From sequence record OR780565.1: a DNA stretch of 64,000 nucleotides; one strand, given 5' to 3'. Source of the stretch: Escherichia phage DCP2. Both the position numbers and the translations under genes were made by a program. The notes under the pieces were generated by a model. The model was not told the origin of the DNA and searched no databases. It saw only the letters and a list, made by a program, of their open reading frames with translations. Positions 9,362 through 19,914 of the stretch are shown here, piece after piece (positions within the stretch are counted from its first letter, which is position 1; each line of letters begins with the position of its first letter).

Positions 9362-9558
9362 ATTAATCCAACTAAAGCAAATGCTAAATCTACGAATGTA
9401 TCGAGAGTAATTACTGGAATACTAACGCCATGAGCAATAGCAATTGGCGATAAAATAAAGTTCCATAGTAAAATTCCTATCATAGCAGAAATAGTAAAAG
9501 CTATACGTTTTTTATTACCTTTTATGGCATTAACAAGTGCCATTAATTTTTGTACCAT
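9358..9558 (-). CDS. small two-helix membrane peptide (66 aa), convergent with gene 61
   Basis: Strong SD on minus strand (AAAGGAGGA, 6 nt spacer, ATG at 9558); two hydrophobic helices; stop overlaps gene 61 stop. Confidence 0.55.
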   Translation of the reverse strand: MVQKLMALVNAIKGNKKRIAFTISAMIGILLWNFILSPIAIAHGVSIPVITLDTFVDLAFALVGLI

Positions 9559-9607
9559 GCGTCGTCCTCCTTTAAATTAAATATTTATCGCAAATTTTAC
9601 AAAATTT

Positions 9608-9640
9608 GTTTACTTTCTCAGCTTGCTGTGGTATTATAAA
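9608..9640 (+). promoter_or_regulatory. T4-type early promoter
   Basis: GTTTAC 9608-9613, -10 TATTATAAA about 17 bp downstream. Confidence 0.6.
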
Positions 9641-9662
9641 ATAAACTGCTGAGGATAATATA

Positions 9663-11002
<1,340 letters not shown>

Positions 11003-11062
11003 TTGCTTATATATTCAAATGATATAATTATTTAACTTATTAATGAATTGAAAGGAAAAATA

Positions 11063-11581
11063 ATGGCATACTTTAATGAATGTTCACAACTGATTGAAGG
11101 CGCTGATAAAGCTCAAAACGAATACTGGGATATTCTCGGTGATGAAAAAGACCCGCTGCAAGTTATGCTTGATATGCAGAAATCTCTGCAGGTTCGTTTA
11201 GCTAAAGATAAACCTGAATATAACCGTCATCCTGATGATTTGGCTACTGCGGGTGAAGTTGTTGATTGGCTGCGTAATCAGAAAGATTATATTGATGATG
11301 AATTCCGCGAACTATTGACTTCTCTTGGTGGTATGAGCAATGGTGAAAAAGATGCATCTGCTGTATGGAAGCCTTGGAAAGCTCAACATGGTGAACGACG
11401 TGAAACTCTGATTACTGATTTGTCTCCACAAGACCAGTTGGAAATTAAATTCGAAATGATTGATATTCTTCATTTCGTTCTGAACATGTTCCAAGGTCTC
11501 GGTCTTACGGCTGAAGAAATCTTTAAACTTTATTATCTGAAAAATGCTGAAAACTTCGCTCGTCAAGACCGAGGTTATTAA
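11063..11581 (+). CDS. 56: gp56 dCTPase/dUTPase (dCTP pyrophosphatase)
   Basis: 172 aa from ATG with AAAGGA RBS; MazG-like; matches T4 gp56. Confidence 0.9.
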   Translation: MAYFNECSQLIEGADKAQNEYWDILGDEKDPLQVMLDMQKSLQVRLAKDKPEYNRHPDDLATAGEVVDWLRNQKDYIDDEFRELLTSLGGMSNGEKDASAVWKPWKAQHGERRETLITDLSPQDQLEIKFEMIDILHFVLNMFQGLGLTAEEIFKLYYLKNAENFARQDRGY

Positions 11582-11781
11582 TGGCTCGTTTAAATAAACG
11601 TCAACTTAAGAAAGCCCACAAGAAACGTATTGACCAGCTATTTAAAAATTATGACAAGGAGCTCACATACGAGCTCCTATCTAATCAGCTCCACAAAGCT
11701 TACACAATTAAAACTGGACATATACAATTAGGTAAGGTGCATGAAGAAGCCTTAAAATTAATTATAGAGCATTCAAAATGA
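11581..11781 (+). CDS. hypothetical basic protein (66 aa)
   Basis: ATG overlaps gp56 stop; Lys/Arg-rich. Confidence 0.5.
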   Translation: MARLNKRQLKKAHKKRIDQLFKNYDKELTYELLSNQLHKAYTIKTGHIQLGKVHEEALKLIIEHSK

Positions 11782-11965
11782 AATTTGATTTTTATGCATG
11801 GCAAAAAGCCGGGAGACCGGCTAGTTGAGCATTTGGTTCTGATGGATATAATATTAGAGCTCATTGGAAGTTTAATGCTCCAGCCGATTATTCTCCGGTA
11901 ATTATTAACGGTGATGTTGTTATATTAACTAAAATTGGGTATTTTAACGTTCCGCAAGAATTTAT

Positions 11966-11973
11966 TATAAATA
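11966..11973 (+). promoter_or_regulatory. T4 late promoter (TATAAATA) for soc
   Basis: Exact TATAAATA octamer about 30 bp upstream of soc ATG; soc is a late gene. Confidence 0.6.
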
Positions 11974-12002
11974 GTCATGTAATTTAAATAAAGGAGAATT
12001 AC

Positions 12003-12248
12003 ATGGCTAGTACTCGCGGTTATGTTAATATTAAAACATTTGAGCAAAAATTAGATGGAAATAAGAAAATTGAAGGAAAGGAAATTTCTGTAGCTTTCCC
12101 TCTTTATTCTGACGTTCACAAAATTTCTGGCGCTCATTATCAGATATTCCCTTCAGAAAAAGCAGCATATTCTACAGTATATGAAGAAAATCAACGTACT
12201 GAATGGATTACTGCAAACGAAGATTTGTGGAAAGTAACTGGTGAATAA
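12003..12248 (+). CDS. soc: Soc small outer capsid protein
   Basis: 81 aa; near-identical to T4 Soc (MASTRGYVNIKTFEQKLDGNKKIEGKEISVAFPLYSDVHKISGAHYQ). Confidence 0.9.
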   Translation: MASTRGYVNIKTFEQKLDGNKKIEGKEISVAFPLYSDVHKISGAHYQIFPSEKAAYSTVYEENQRTEWITANEDLWKVTGE

Positions 12249-12253
12249 ATTCA

Positions 12254-12278
12254 AGGACTCCTTCGGGAGTCCTTTTTT
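12254..12278 (+). terminator. intrinsic terminator after soc
   Basis: GGACTCC-TTCG-GGAGTCC hairpin (UUCG tetraloop) followed by T6. Confidence 0.75.
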
Positions 12279-12288
12279 CATTTTACCG

Positions 12289-12318
12289 GTTTACTTTCCA
12301 AAATGAGTATGGTATAAT
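12289..12318 (+). promoter_or_regulatory. T4-type early promoter
   Basis: GTTTAC 12289-12294, TATAAT 12313-12318. Confidence 0.6.
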
Positions 12319-12344
12319 AAAATTATCTTATAGAGGAGAGCACT

Positions 12345-12557
12345 ATGTTAAATCGCTGGATTAAACCAAATGAAGACCTCCAGAAGGTTCTTGATAAAGC
12401 TATCTCTGATAAATGGGGTATGAAAAGCTGGGATTGTGATATCGTCACGCATTCATTCATGATGCATGCAGATGGTTCAGTCGAGTTCAATGCTGAAATG
12501 CGATACACTGATTGGGGTGGATTTCAAAGAGTCGAATTTCAAAGAGGCTTTTTGTAA
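12345..12557 (+). CDS. hypothetical protein (70 aa)
   Basis: AGAGGAGAG RBS, downstream of promoter. Confidence 0.55.
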   Translation: MLNRWIKPNEDLQKVLDKAISDKWGMKSWDCDIVTHSFMMHADGSVEFNAEMRYTDWGGFQRVEFQRGFL

Positions 12558-12895
12558 TGTTTATCTTTAATTGGTTTAAAAGTTTCTTTACGGATTTTTT
12601 CTCTACAACTCCCGGAGAAGGTGTAGTTCCTATTTCAAATGACTACCTTCCTTTAACTGTAGTTGAATATGTTTATATGGGAGATGGAACAGTAGAAGCA
12701 GTTACTATGACTTATGAAGAAGCCCAGGAATATTATAAAAATCCTTGGCGTTGGTCAACACCTACATCATCTAATACGCAGAATACACAGTCTAGTTCTG
12801 ATTCATATGATACTAATGTTCCTGTTCATGTGTGGACGGGCGATTCATGTGGAAGTTCTTGTGATTCTAGTTGTTCATCTACATCTTGTGATTGA
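12557..12895 (+). CDS. hypothetical protein with Ser/Cys-rich C-terminal tail (112 aa)
   Basis: ATG overlaps upstream stop (TAATG); C-terminus [18 protein letters not shown]. Confidence 0.5.
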   Translation: MFIFNWFKSFFTDFFSTTPGEGVVPISNDYLPLTVVEYVYMGDGTVEAVTMTYEEAQEYYKNPWRWSTPTSSNTQNTQSSSDSYDTNVPVHVWTGDSCGSSCDSSCSSTSCD

Positions 12896-12903
12896 GGAAA
12901 ATT

Positions 12904-13389
12904 ATGGAAGCGATTTTGTTTGAAATGTATATTAGCAGTAATAGTATGTCGTTTGCTAAAGACGTTCCAATTACCGTAGCAGTAATGATTGATAAGGGTT
13001 ATTGTGACCCAATGTATCTCGTAGAAAATTTCGTTTCAATGCCAGTTCCAGAAGATGCTGAAATAAAACTTAAAAAGATTGGTATCATTGAAACTGTACC
13101 AAATATTCCATTTAGAGCAATTGAAGCATTTACTAAATCCGAATACATTAATGTTAGCGCAGAACAATATAATGATAAACCTTTATCTTTCTATTCGTAC
13201 GATTCATTATATAGTTGGAAAATAGATAAAGGAAATAAATTTATAATTGCGAGTGAAGACGCTTTATCATATTTTATTTCTTCTGTATGGAATAGTTTAC
13301 ATCCAAATTTGCTAAAAATTCATGAATTTGACGATGCTTCTACTGTCGTTTTAGGTAAAACAAATGAAAGTTCTGAAGAAAATGTTTGA
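12904..13389 (+). CDS. hypothetical protein (161 aa)
   Basis: ATG after GAGGAAA RBS. Confidence 0.55.
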   Translation: MEAILFEMYISSNSMSFAKDVPITVAVMIDKGYCDPMYLVENFVSMPVPEDAEIKLKKIGIIETVPNIPFRAIEAFTKSEYINVSAEQYNDKPLSFYSYDSLYSWKIDKGNKFIIASEDALSYFISSVWNSLHPNLLKIHEFDDASTVVLGKTNESSEENV

Positions 13390-13567
13390 ATGGTTCAATA
13401 GACCAAACTCAATGTACATTGATGATGGTTGGGTTGAACAAGCAAATAAAGAAATGCAGAACGAATCGGAAGAATGGATGAAATCAATGATTAGTGCTGA
13501 GAAAGAAAAGAAATTAGAACGCTCAGCGCTTAAATTGATGAGAGATATCTATGGGGATAAATCATGA
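13364..13567 (+). CDS. hypothetical protein (67 aa)
   Basis: Overlapping ORF, weak RBS. Confidence 0.4.
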   Translation: MKVLKKMFEWFNRPNSMYIDDGWVEQANKEMQNESEEWMKSMISAEKEKKLERSALKLMRDIYGDKS

Positions 13568-13728
13568 ACAGAGATATGACGCTAGAAGAGGCCAAGGCTA
13601 AAGCAAATGAAGCACTGGATTTGCTTCTTAAAATTGGCAGTAAAATGATGGAAGAAAATGAGAAATATATCCAGGAAAACAAAATTCCTGACGGCCCATT
13701 AGTAGGCAAAAGGAAATCACATGATTGA
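13564..13728 (+). CDS. hypothetical protein (54 aa)
   Basis: ATGA overlap with upstream ORF; below track cut-off. Confidence 0.4.
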   Translation: MNRDMTLEEAKAKANEALDLLLKIGSKMMEENEKYIQENKIPDGPLVGKRKSHD

Positions 13729-14191
13729 AGTAGCAAAACATTATTCAATAGAATTTATGTCTAAAGAAGGTAAATCAGTAAATGCACTTGATAAAAAATG
13801 CTCATTAATTATTCCTTTAGCAGAAAATCCGGATCTTTTAATTAAAGATATAAAAGAAAGAAAATATCCAGAAAATGTTATTCTAATTATAAAGCATACT
13901 GAAGATATTTTACAGAATACTGATTCACCGTTTTCTTCTTCTGAAGCTTTAACTATTAAAGGCTATAAAAGAGCTCATGAATATGGTCTTTTTGACCTGT
14001 TTGAAGATGATAAAGTTAAATTAGCGAGTCAACCTTTTAAAAGTAAAACATTCATTATTGAAGATATTAAAGATATAAATGCATTTGTTAAGATGGTCTG
14101 GGCTCATTTTGATGTTGGACTACGCTGGAGAATGTCTGAAGAAGAAAGAAAGATTATTGAAGCTAATCGTCAATTTGGTTTTTATCGCTAG
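13721..14191 (+). CDS. hypothetical protein (156 aa)
   Basis: ORF in the mrh-region position between soc and modB. Confidence 0.5.
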   Translation: MIEVAKHYSIEFMSKEGKSVNALDKKCSLIIPLAENPDLLIKDIKERKYPENVILIIKHTEDILQNTDSPFSSSEALTIKGYKRAHEYGLFDLFEDDKVKLASQPFKSKTFIIEDIKDINAFVKMVWAHFDVGLRWRMSEEERKIIEANRQFGFYR

Positions 14192-14199
14192 GAATTAGT

Positions 14200-14382
14200 A
14201 TGGATTTATTTGAGATGTTAGAAGATAATCATTCTACGAATATCCAGAATGATTCTAGTGATTATAAGAAAGAATACCGTATAGTATTACAGAATTATGG
14301 AATTGAAGCCCCAGATGCTCTTCTAGAAGAACTAGCTTCATACCATCTTGACCCTCCGCCCTGGGCTCCCTGGGCAAAATAA
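14200..14382 (+). CDS. hypothetical protein (60 aa)
   Basis: short ORF, acidic. Confidence 0.45.
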   Translation: MDLFEMLEDNHSTNIQNDSSDYKKEYRIVLQNYGIEAPDALLEELASYHLDPPPWAPWAK

Positions 14383-14393
14383 TTCAAAAAGTT

Positions 14394-14425
14394 GTTTACT
14401 TTCCTTCCTAACAATGATATGATAG
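14394..14425 (+). promoter_or_regulatory. T4-type early promoter upstream of modB
   Basis: GTTTAC 14394-14399, -10 GATATGATAG. Confidence 0.55.
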
Positions 14426-14449
14426 CTTCTGAAGTATATGGAGGCTATC

Positions 14450-15073
14450 ATGATTATTAATCTTGCAGATGTTGAACAGTTATCTATAAAAGCTGAAAGT
14501 GTCGATTTTCAATATGATATGTATAAAAAAGTCTGTGAAAAATTTACTGACTTTGAACAATCAGTTCTTTGGCAATGTATGGAAGCCAAAAAGAATGAAG
14601 CTCTTCATCGGCAGTTGAATAAAATCGTTAAAAAGCATTTAACTAAATCACCTTATCAGCTATATCGTGGTATATCAAAATCGACAAAAGAGCTCATTAA
14701 AGATTTACAAGTTGGAGAAGTGTTTTCAACGAATAGAGTAGATTCATTTACTACTAGTTTGCACACAGCGTGCGGTTTTTCTTATGTTGAGTATTTCACT
14801 GAAATAATATTTCGCTTAAAAACTGATAAAGCTTTTAATTACTCTGACCATATCAGCGATATTATACTTTCTTCTCCTAATACTGAGTTTAAGTATACAT
14901 ATGAAGATACTGATGGATTAGATTCAGAACGTACTGATAACTTAATGATGATTGTGCGTGAACAAGAATGGATGATTCCAATTGGAAAGTATAGAATAAC
15001 TTCTATTTCAAAAGAAAAATTACACGATTCATTTGGAACATTTAAAGTGTATGATATTGAGGTAGTTGAATGA
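14450..15073 (+). CDS. modB: ModB-like ADP-ribosyltransferase
   Basis: 207 aa from ATG with GGAGG RBS; paralogous to following ORF; position and length as T4 modB. Confidence 0.6.
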   Translation: MIINLADVEQLSIKAESVDFQYDMYKKVCEKFTDFEQSVLWQCMEAKKNEALHRQLNKIVKKHLTKSPYQLYRGISKSTKELIKDLQVGEVFSTNRVDSFTTSLHTACGFSYVEYFTEIIFRLKTDKAFNYSDHISDIILSSPNTEFKYTYEDTDGLDSERTDNLMMIVREQEWMIPIGKYRITSISKEKLHDSFGTFKVYDIEVVE

Positions 15074-15672
15074 AATATTCAGCAATGCAATTAAAAGATT
15101 TTAAAATCAAATCAATGGATGCATCGGTGCGTGCTTCTATTCGTGAAGAATTACTTTCTGAAGGATTTAATTTATCTGAAATTGAACTTTTAATTCATTG
15201 TATTACTAATAAGCCAGACGACCACTCTTGGTTAAATGAAATAATCAAATCTCGTTTGGTTCCAAACGATAAACCTCTTTGGAGAGGTGTTCCAGTTGAG
15301 ACTAAGCAGGTGTTAAATCAAGGAATTGATATTATTACATTTGATAAAGTAGTATCAGCTTCATATGATAAAAATATAGCTCTACATTTTGCTTCTGGAT
15401 TAGAATACAATACACAAGTTATTTTTGAATTCAAAGCTCCTATGGTATTTAATTTTCAGGAGTATGCTATAAAAGCTCTACGTTGTAAAGAATATAGTCC
15501 GAGTTTTAAATTTCCAGATAGCCATCGCTATCGTAATATGGAATTAGTTTCAGATGAACAAGAAGTAATGATACCAGCTGGAAGTGTATTTAGAATTGCG
15601 GATAGATATGAGTATAAAAAGTATTCAACATACACTATCTATACTCTTGATTTTGAAGGATTTAATCTATAA
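15070..15672 (+). CDS. modA: ModA-like ADP-ribosyltransferase
   Basis: 200 aa; paralog of preceding ORF; ATGA overlap. Confidence 0.6.
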   Translation: MKYSAMQLKDFKIKSMDASVRASIREELLSEGFNLSEIELLIHCITNKPDDHSWLNEIIKSRLVPNDKPLWRGVPVETKQVLNQGIDIITFDKVVSASYDKNIALHFASGLEYNTQVIFEFKAPMVFNFQEYAIKALRCKEYSPSFKFPDSHRYRNMELVSDEQEVMIPAGSVFRIADRYEYKKYSTYTIYTLDFEGFNL

Positions 15673-15728
15673 TGGAAGGACTTAGATTCATTATACCATG
15701 AAAGTTTTAAAGCATTTTTCATAAAGTT

Positions 15729-15760
15729 GTTTACAAGCTGAAGTAAAAATGATATAGTAT
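15729..15760 (+). promoter_or_regulatory. T4-type early promoter
   Basis: GTTTACAAGCTGA then TATAGT 15754-15759. Confidence 0.6.
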
Positions 15761-15787
15761 AAGTAGTTAACCGTCCGTGAGAAAAAT

Positions 15788-16534
15788 ATGAAACTGTCTA
15801 AAAATCAAATTCGTAAAATTACACGTCGTTTAGAGCATACTCAGGCATCAGCTAAAAGACGTTCTAAAGATTTTAACTTAGACTTCAATTACATTAAGAA
15901 CATTTTAGATCAGAAAGTTTGCGCTTACTCAGGAGAACCTTTTGATAATCGTATTGAAGGAGAGAAATTATCGTTAGAACGTTTTGATAATAACGTTGGA
16001 TACATTAAAGGGAATGTTATTGCAGTAAAGAAAAAGTATAATACATTTCGTTCTGATTATACTTTAGAAGAGTTGATTGAAAAGCGTGATTTATTTGCTT
16101 TGCGAATTGGTCGTTCATCTGCGAAAAAAGTTCATAAACTAAATTTAGATGAAAAGAAATGGGCTAAAATCAAAAAGACTTATAATCAAATTAAAGCTAT
16201 ACAGAAAAAACGCGAAAACCGAATTGAGCACATTTCTCAGCTTTCTAAATCAAAACAAACTTCTGACGTTAAGCTAACGATTATAGCACTTAAAGCTCGT
16301 ATTGATGGTTCTCGTATAGCAGAAGGCGCTGAAGTTGTTAAATTGAACGTTCTTCTTAAAGGCTCGGATTGGAAAACTGTGAAAAAGTTGTCAGAAGCAG
16401 AAATGCAATATGATATGTGTGATAAAATTATTCAAGGTGTAGAGCGGTATCAAAACTTGTCTTTTATTGATAAACTTAAACTGAAAAGAGGATACCCGCT
16501 AAATTGTTCAATTTTTAAACTTATCCGAGGATAA
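15788..16534 (+). CDS. srd: Srd-like protein (248 aa)
   Basis: Basic coiled-coil-like 248 aa ORF between modA and dda as in T4. Confidence 0.5.
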   Translation: MKLSKNQIRKITRRLEHTQASAKRRSKDFNLDFNYIKNILDQKVCAYSGEPFDNRIEGEKLSLERFDNNVGYIKGNVIAVKKKYNTFRSDYTLEELIEKRDLFALRIGRSSAKKVHKLNLDEKKWAKIKKTYNQIKAIQKKRENRIEHISQLSKSKQTSDVKLTIIALKARIDGSRIAEGAEVVKLNVLLKGSDWKTVKKLSEAEMQYDMCDKIIQGVERYQNLSFIDKLKLKRGYPLNCSIFKLIRG

Positions 16535-16535
16535 T

Positions 16536-16847
16536 ATGTTTTATGTATATGCGATAGTGTATAGAGATAAAGATGGATTTGCGGTGCCTGTTCCTCTTGA
16601 TGAACATCGTCCTGCTATATTTTTTGAAAGGGAGATTGCTGATAAAGTATTTACAACTCTTAAAGAGCAGTATCAACTAGCTTTAGGTATGGGAATTCCG
16701 AGATTAGTCGAGACTCCACGCAAGTTTTGGTTTAATAAAATAGAAGTTAAACATGTTAAGCCTGATGTAGACACACAAAGATTATATCGGCGAATTTTAG
16801 ATACTGGGCGTATTGTTAGTATACCAATTGCAGGGAATTTACGATGA
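16536..16847 (+). CDS. hypothetical protein (103 aa)
   Basis: ORF with GAGG RBS directly upstream of dda. Confidence 0.5.
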   Translation: MFYVYAIVYRDKDGFAVPVPLDEHRPAIFFEREIADKVFTTLKEQYQLALGMGIPRLVETPRKFWFNKIEVKHVKPDVDTQRLYRRILDTGRIVSIPIAGNLR

Positions 16848-18163
16848 CATTTGATGATTTGACCGAAGGCCAGAAAAATGCCTTTAACATTGTTATGAGG
16901 GCTATTAAAGAAAAGAAACATCATGTAACTATTAATGGACCTGCTGGTACTGGTAAGACTACTCTTACTAAGTTCATCATTGAAGCTTTAATATCTACGG
17001 GCGAAACTGGCATTATTTTAGCAGCTCCTACTCATGCAGCTAAAAAGATTCTTTCAAAACTATCAGGGAAAGAAGCGAGTACTATTCACAGTATTCTTAA
17101 AATTAACCCTGTAACATATGAAGAAAACGTTCTTTTTGAACAAAAAGAAGTACCGGATTTGGCTAAATGCAGAGTATTAATCTGTGACGAAGTGTCAATG
17201 TATGATAGAAAGCTATTTAAAATTCTGCTTTCAACTATCCCGCCATGGTGTACTATAATTGGAATAGGCGATAATAAGCAAATTAGACCTGTTGACCCAG
17301 GAGAAAATACTGCTTATATCAGTCCATTTTTTACGCACAAAGATTTTTATCAGTGTGAACTCACTGAAGTTAAACGCAGTAATGCTCCTATTATTGATGT
17401 AGCTACTGATGTTCGTAACGGTAAGTGGATTTATGATAAAATTATTGATGGGCATGGAGTACGTGGATTTACCGGTGATACCGCTTTACGCGATTTTATG
17501 GTAAATTATTTTTCAATCGTAAAATCACTAGATGATTTGTTTGAAAATCGTGTGATGGCATTTACGAATAAATCTGTTGATAAGTTAAATAGCATTATTC
17601 GTAAAAAGATTTTTGAAACTGATAAAGATTTTATTGTCGGTGAAATTATTGTAATGCAGGAACCATTAATTAAAACATATAAAATTGATGGAAAGCCTGT
17701 GTCAGAAATTATTTTTAATAACGGACAATTAGTTCGTATTATAGAAGCAGAGTATACATCAACATTTGTTAAAGCTCGTGGTGTTCCTGGAGAATATCTA
17801 ATTCGTCATTGGGATTTAACAGTAGAAACTTACGGCGATGATGAATATTATCGTGAAAAGATTAAAATAATTTCATCTGATGAAGAGCTGTATAAGTTTA
17901 ACCTATTTTTAGGTAAAACTGCAGAAACTTACAAAAATTGGAATAAAGGCGGAAAGGCTCCATGGAGTGATTTTTGGGATGCTAAATCACAGTTTAGTAA
18001 AGTGAAAGCACTTCCTGCATCAACATTCCATAAAGCTCAGGGTATGTCTGTAGATCGTGCTTTCATCTATACACCTTGTATTCATTATGCAGATGCTGAA
18101 CTAGCACAGCAGCTTCTTTATGTTGGTGTCACTCGTGGTCGTTATGATGTGTTTTACGTATGA
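16844..18163 (+). CDS. dda: Dda DNA helicase (SF1B)
   Basis: 439 aa; Walker A GPAGTGKT; near-identical to T4 Dda. Confidence 0.93.
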   Translation: MTFDDLTEGQKNAFNIVMRAIKEKKHHVTINGPAGTGKTTLTKFIIEALISTGETGIILAAPTHAAKKILSKLSGKEASTIHSILKINPVTYEENVLFEQKEVPDLAKCRVLICDEVSMYDRKLFKILLSTIPPWCTIIGIGDNKQIRPVDPGENTAYISPFFTHKDFYQCELTEVKRSNAPIIDVATDVRNGKWIYDKIIDGHGVRGFTGDTALRDFMVNYFSIVKSLDDLFENRVMAFTNKSVDKLNSIIRKKIFETDKDFIVGEIIVMQEPLIKTYKIDGKPVSEIIFNNGQLVRIIEAEYTSTFVKARGVPGEYLIRHWDLTVETYGDDEYYREKIKIISSDEELYKFNLFLGKTAETYKNWNKGGKAPWSDFWDAKSQFSKVKALPASTFHKAQGMSVDRAFIYTPCIHYADAELAQQLLYVGVTRGRYDVFYV

Positions 18164-18184
18164 TTAAATTTGAGGAAGCTATTC

Positions 18185-18430
18185 GTGGAAATAACTAAAG
18201 ACCAGTTTTATCTACTTCAAGATAAAGTGAGCGAAATTTATGAAATAGCTTATAGTAAAAATTGTACAAATGTAAAAATTAAATCAGGCAAGTTAATGCT
18301 TCAACTAGAAGAAATTGAACGAGATTTGATTGCGTTAGAATTCTTTTGTGGTGAAGTGAAAACTGTTACAATCAGTGATTACGTTTTAGGTGAAATTAGC
18401 CATCTTTATAAGGCGGTTATTAATGATTGA
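18185..18430 (+). CDS. hypothetical protein (about 81 aa)
   Basis: Probable GTG start 7 nt after GAGGAA; track lists TTG start at 18170. Confidence 0.45.
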   Translation: MEITKDQFYLLQDKVSEIYEIAYSKNCTNVKIKSGKLMLQLEEIERDLIALEFFCGEVKTVTISDYVLGEISHLYKAVIND

Positions 18431-18665
18431 ATTAAGTTTGCATCAGTTTAAATCTCTTATGACAAATGTTAAAGCTGTCATTCAAGAAAATTCAGGACCT
18501 GATAATGTTACTATTCGCGAAAAAGCTTTAAAGATAGTATACAGTCTTGAAGAGATACAAAAAGATATTGAATCTATGGCAAAATTTATTGATGAGCCCA
18601 TTAATAAAGTTTATATCCAAGATTATACTGTAGGTCAAATTCGCGATTTAGCGAGGAAAATTTAA
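18423..18665 (+). CDS. hypothetical protein (80 aa)
   Basis: ATG overlapping upstream stop. Confidence 0.45.
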   Translation: MIELSLHQFKSLMTNVKAVIQENSGPDNVTIREKALKIVYSLEEIQKDIESMAKFIDEPINKVYIQDYTVGQIRDLARKI

Positions 18666-19348
18666 TGTTTGATTTTATTATAGATTTTGAAACAATGGGA
18701 AGCGGTGAAAAAGCAGCTGTTATTGATTTGGCTGTTATTGCCTTTGACCCTAACCCAGAAGTAGTTGAAACATTTGATGAATTAGTTTCACGCGGCATTA
18801 AAATCAAATTTGATTTAAAAAGCCAAAAAGGACAACGTCTTTTTACTAAAAGCACCATCGAATGGTGGAAAAATCAGTCTCCTGAAGCTCGAAAAAATAT
18901 TGCACCGTCAGATGAAGATGTAAGCACTATCGATGGTATTGTAAAATTTAATGATTATATCAATGCGCATAATATCGATCCTTGGAAATCTCAAGGCTGG
19001 TGTCGTGGAATGTCGTTTGATTTTCCAATTTTAGTCGATCTCATTCGCGATATTCAACGTCTTAATGGCGTTTCTGAGAATGAACTTGACACATTTAAGT
19101 TAGAACCATGTAAATTCTGGAATCAGCGTGATATTCGTACCAGAATTGAAGCACTTCTCCTTGTTCGTGATATGACCACGTGTCCTCTTCCAAAGGGAAC
19201 TTTAGATGGATTCGTTGCACATGATTCTATTCATGACTGTGCGAAAGACATCCTGATGATGAAGTATGCTTTGCGCTATGCTATGGGTCTTGAAGATGCT
19301 CCATCAGAGGAAGAATGCGATCCTCTGTCTCTTCCAACAAAACGATAA
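18665..19348 (+). CDS. dexA: DexA exonuclease A (DnaQ-like 3'-5' exonuclease)
   Basis: 227 aa; DEDD-type motifs (FDFETMG); position after dda. Confidence 0.8.
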   Translation: MFDFIIDFETMGSGEKAAVIDLAVIAFDPNPEVVETFDELVSRGIKIKFDLKSQKGQRLFTKSTIEWWKNQSPEARKNIAPSDEDVSTIDGIVKFNDYINAHNIDPWKSQGWCRGMSFDFPILVDLIRDIQRLNGVSENELDTFKLEPCKFWNQRDIRTRIEALLLVRDMTTCPLPKGTLDGFVAHDSIHDCAKDILMMKYALRYAMGLEDAPSEEECDPLSLPTKR

Positions 19349-19354
19349 AAAGTT

Positions 19355-19385
19355 GTTTACTTCCTCAGTTAGTTGTGGTATTATA
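19355..19385 (+). promoter_or_regulatory. T4-type early promoter
   Basis: GTTTAC 19355-19360, TATTAT 19379-19384. Confidence 0.6.
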
Positions 19386-19411
19386 ACACCATAGCTACTG
19401 AGGATAATAAA

Positions 19412-19912
19412 ATGAAAATTTATCGTGTTGAATCATCGTTTAGTATTCTTGATTATGAAGATGCTATAACAATACGTCGAAATCTTTGTGTTCAAATAAC
19501 GCCGTACAGGAGTATAATAGATTCATGGAGCGAAGAGTGGCTATTACACGTAGGTTATGACAGACCTAATTTTATGCATCATAGCGATAATAATAAAAGA
19601 ATTCCTTTACCACACGAAGATAAACTATTAGTTAAAAACGCTAATATAGTAATTAATACTAAGTTCAAGAAAGATTATGTTGGATTAGAATATCATATTC
19701 CAGGATGGTTTATAGCTCTTTATCATTTTGCTTTCGCTAGTGAATATGATATGATGAGATGGTTCACACGAGAAGAGCGGGAAGAATTATCTTCTAAAGG
19801 ATTTTATCTCGCTGTATACGAAGTTCCAGATGATCAAGTTATCATTGGCGGGCACCAAGTAATGTTCCGCAAATCGCATGCTGAACTCATAGATTTTATT
19901 GAAATGAGATAA
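19412..19912 (+). CDS. hypothetical protein (166 aa)
   Basis: ATG after GAGGA RBS downstream of promoter (track start 19373 lies upstream of the promoter). Confidence 0.5.
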   Translation: MKIYRVESSFSILDYEDAITIRRNLCVQITPYRSIIDSWSEEWLLHVGYDRPNFMHHSDNNKRIPLPHEDKLLVKNANIVINTKFKKDYVGLEYHIPGWFIALYHFAFASEYDMMRWFTREEREELSSKGFYLAVYEVPDDQVIIGGHQVMFRKSHAELIDFIEMR

Positions 19913-19914
19913 TT

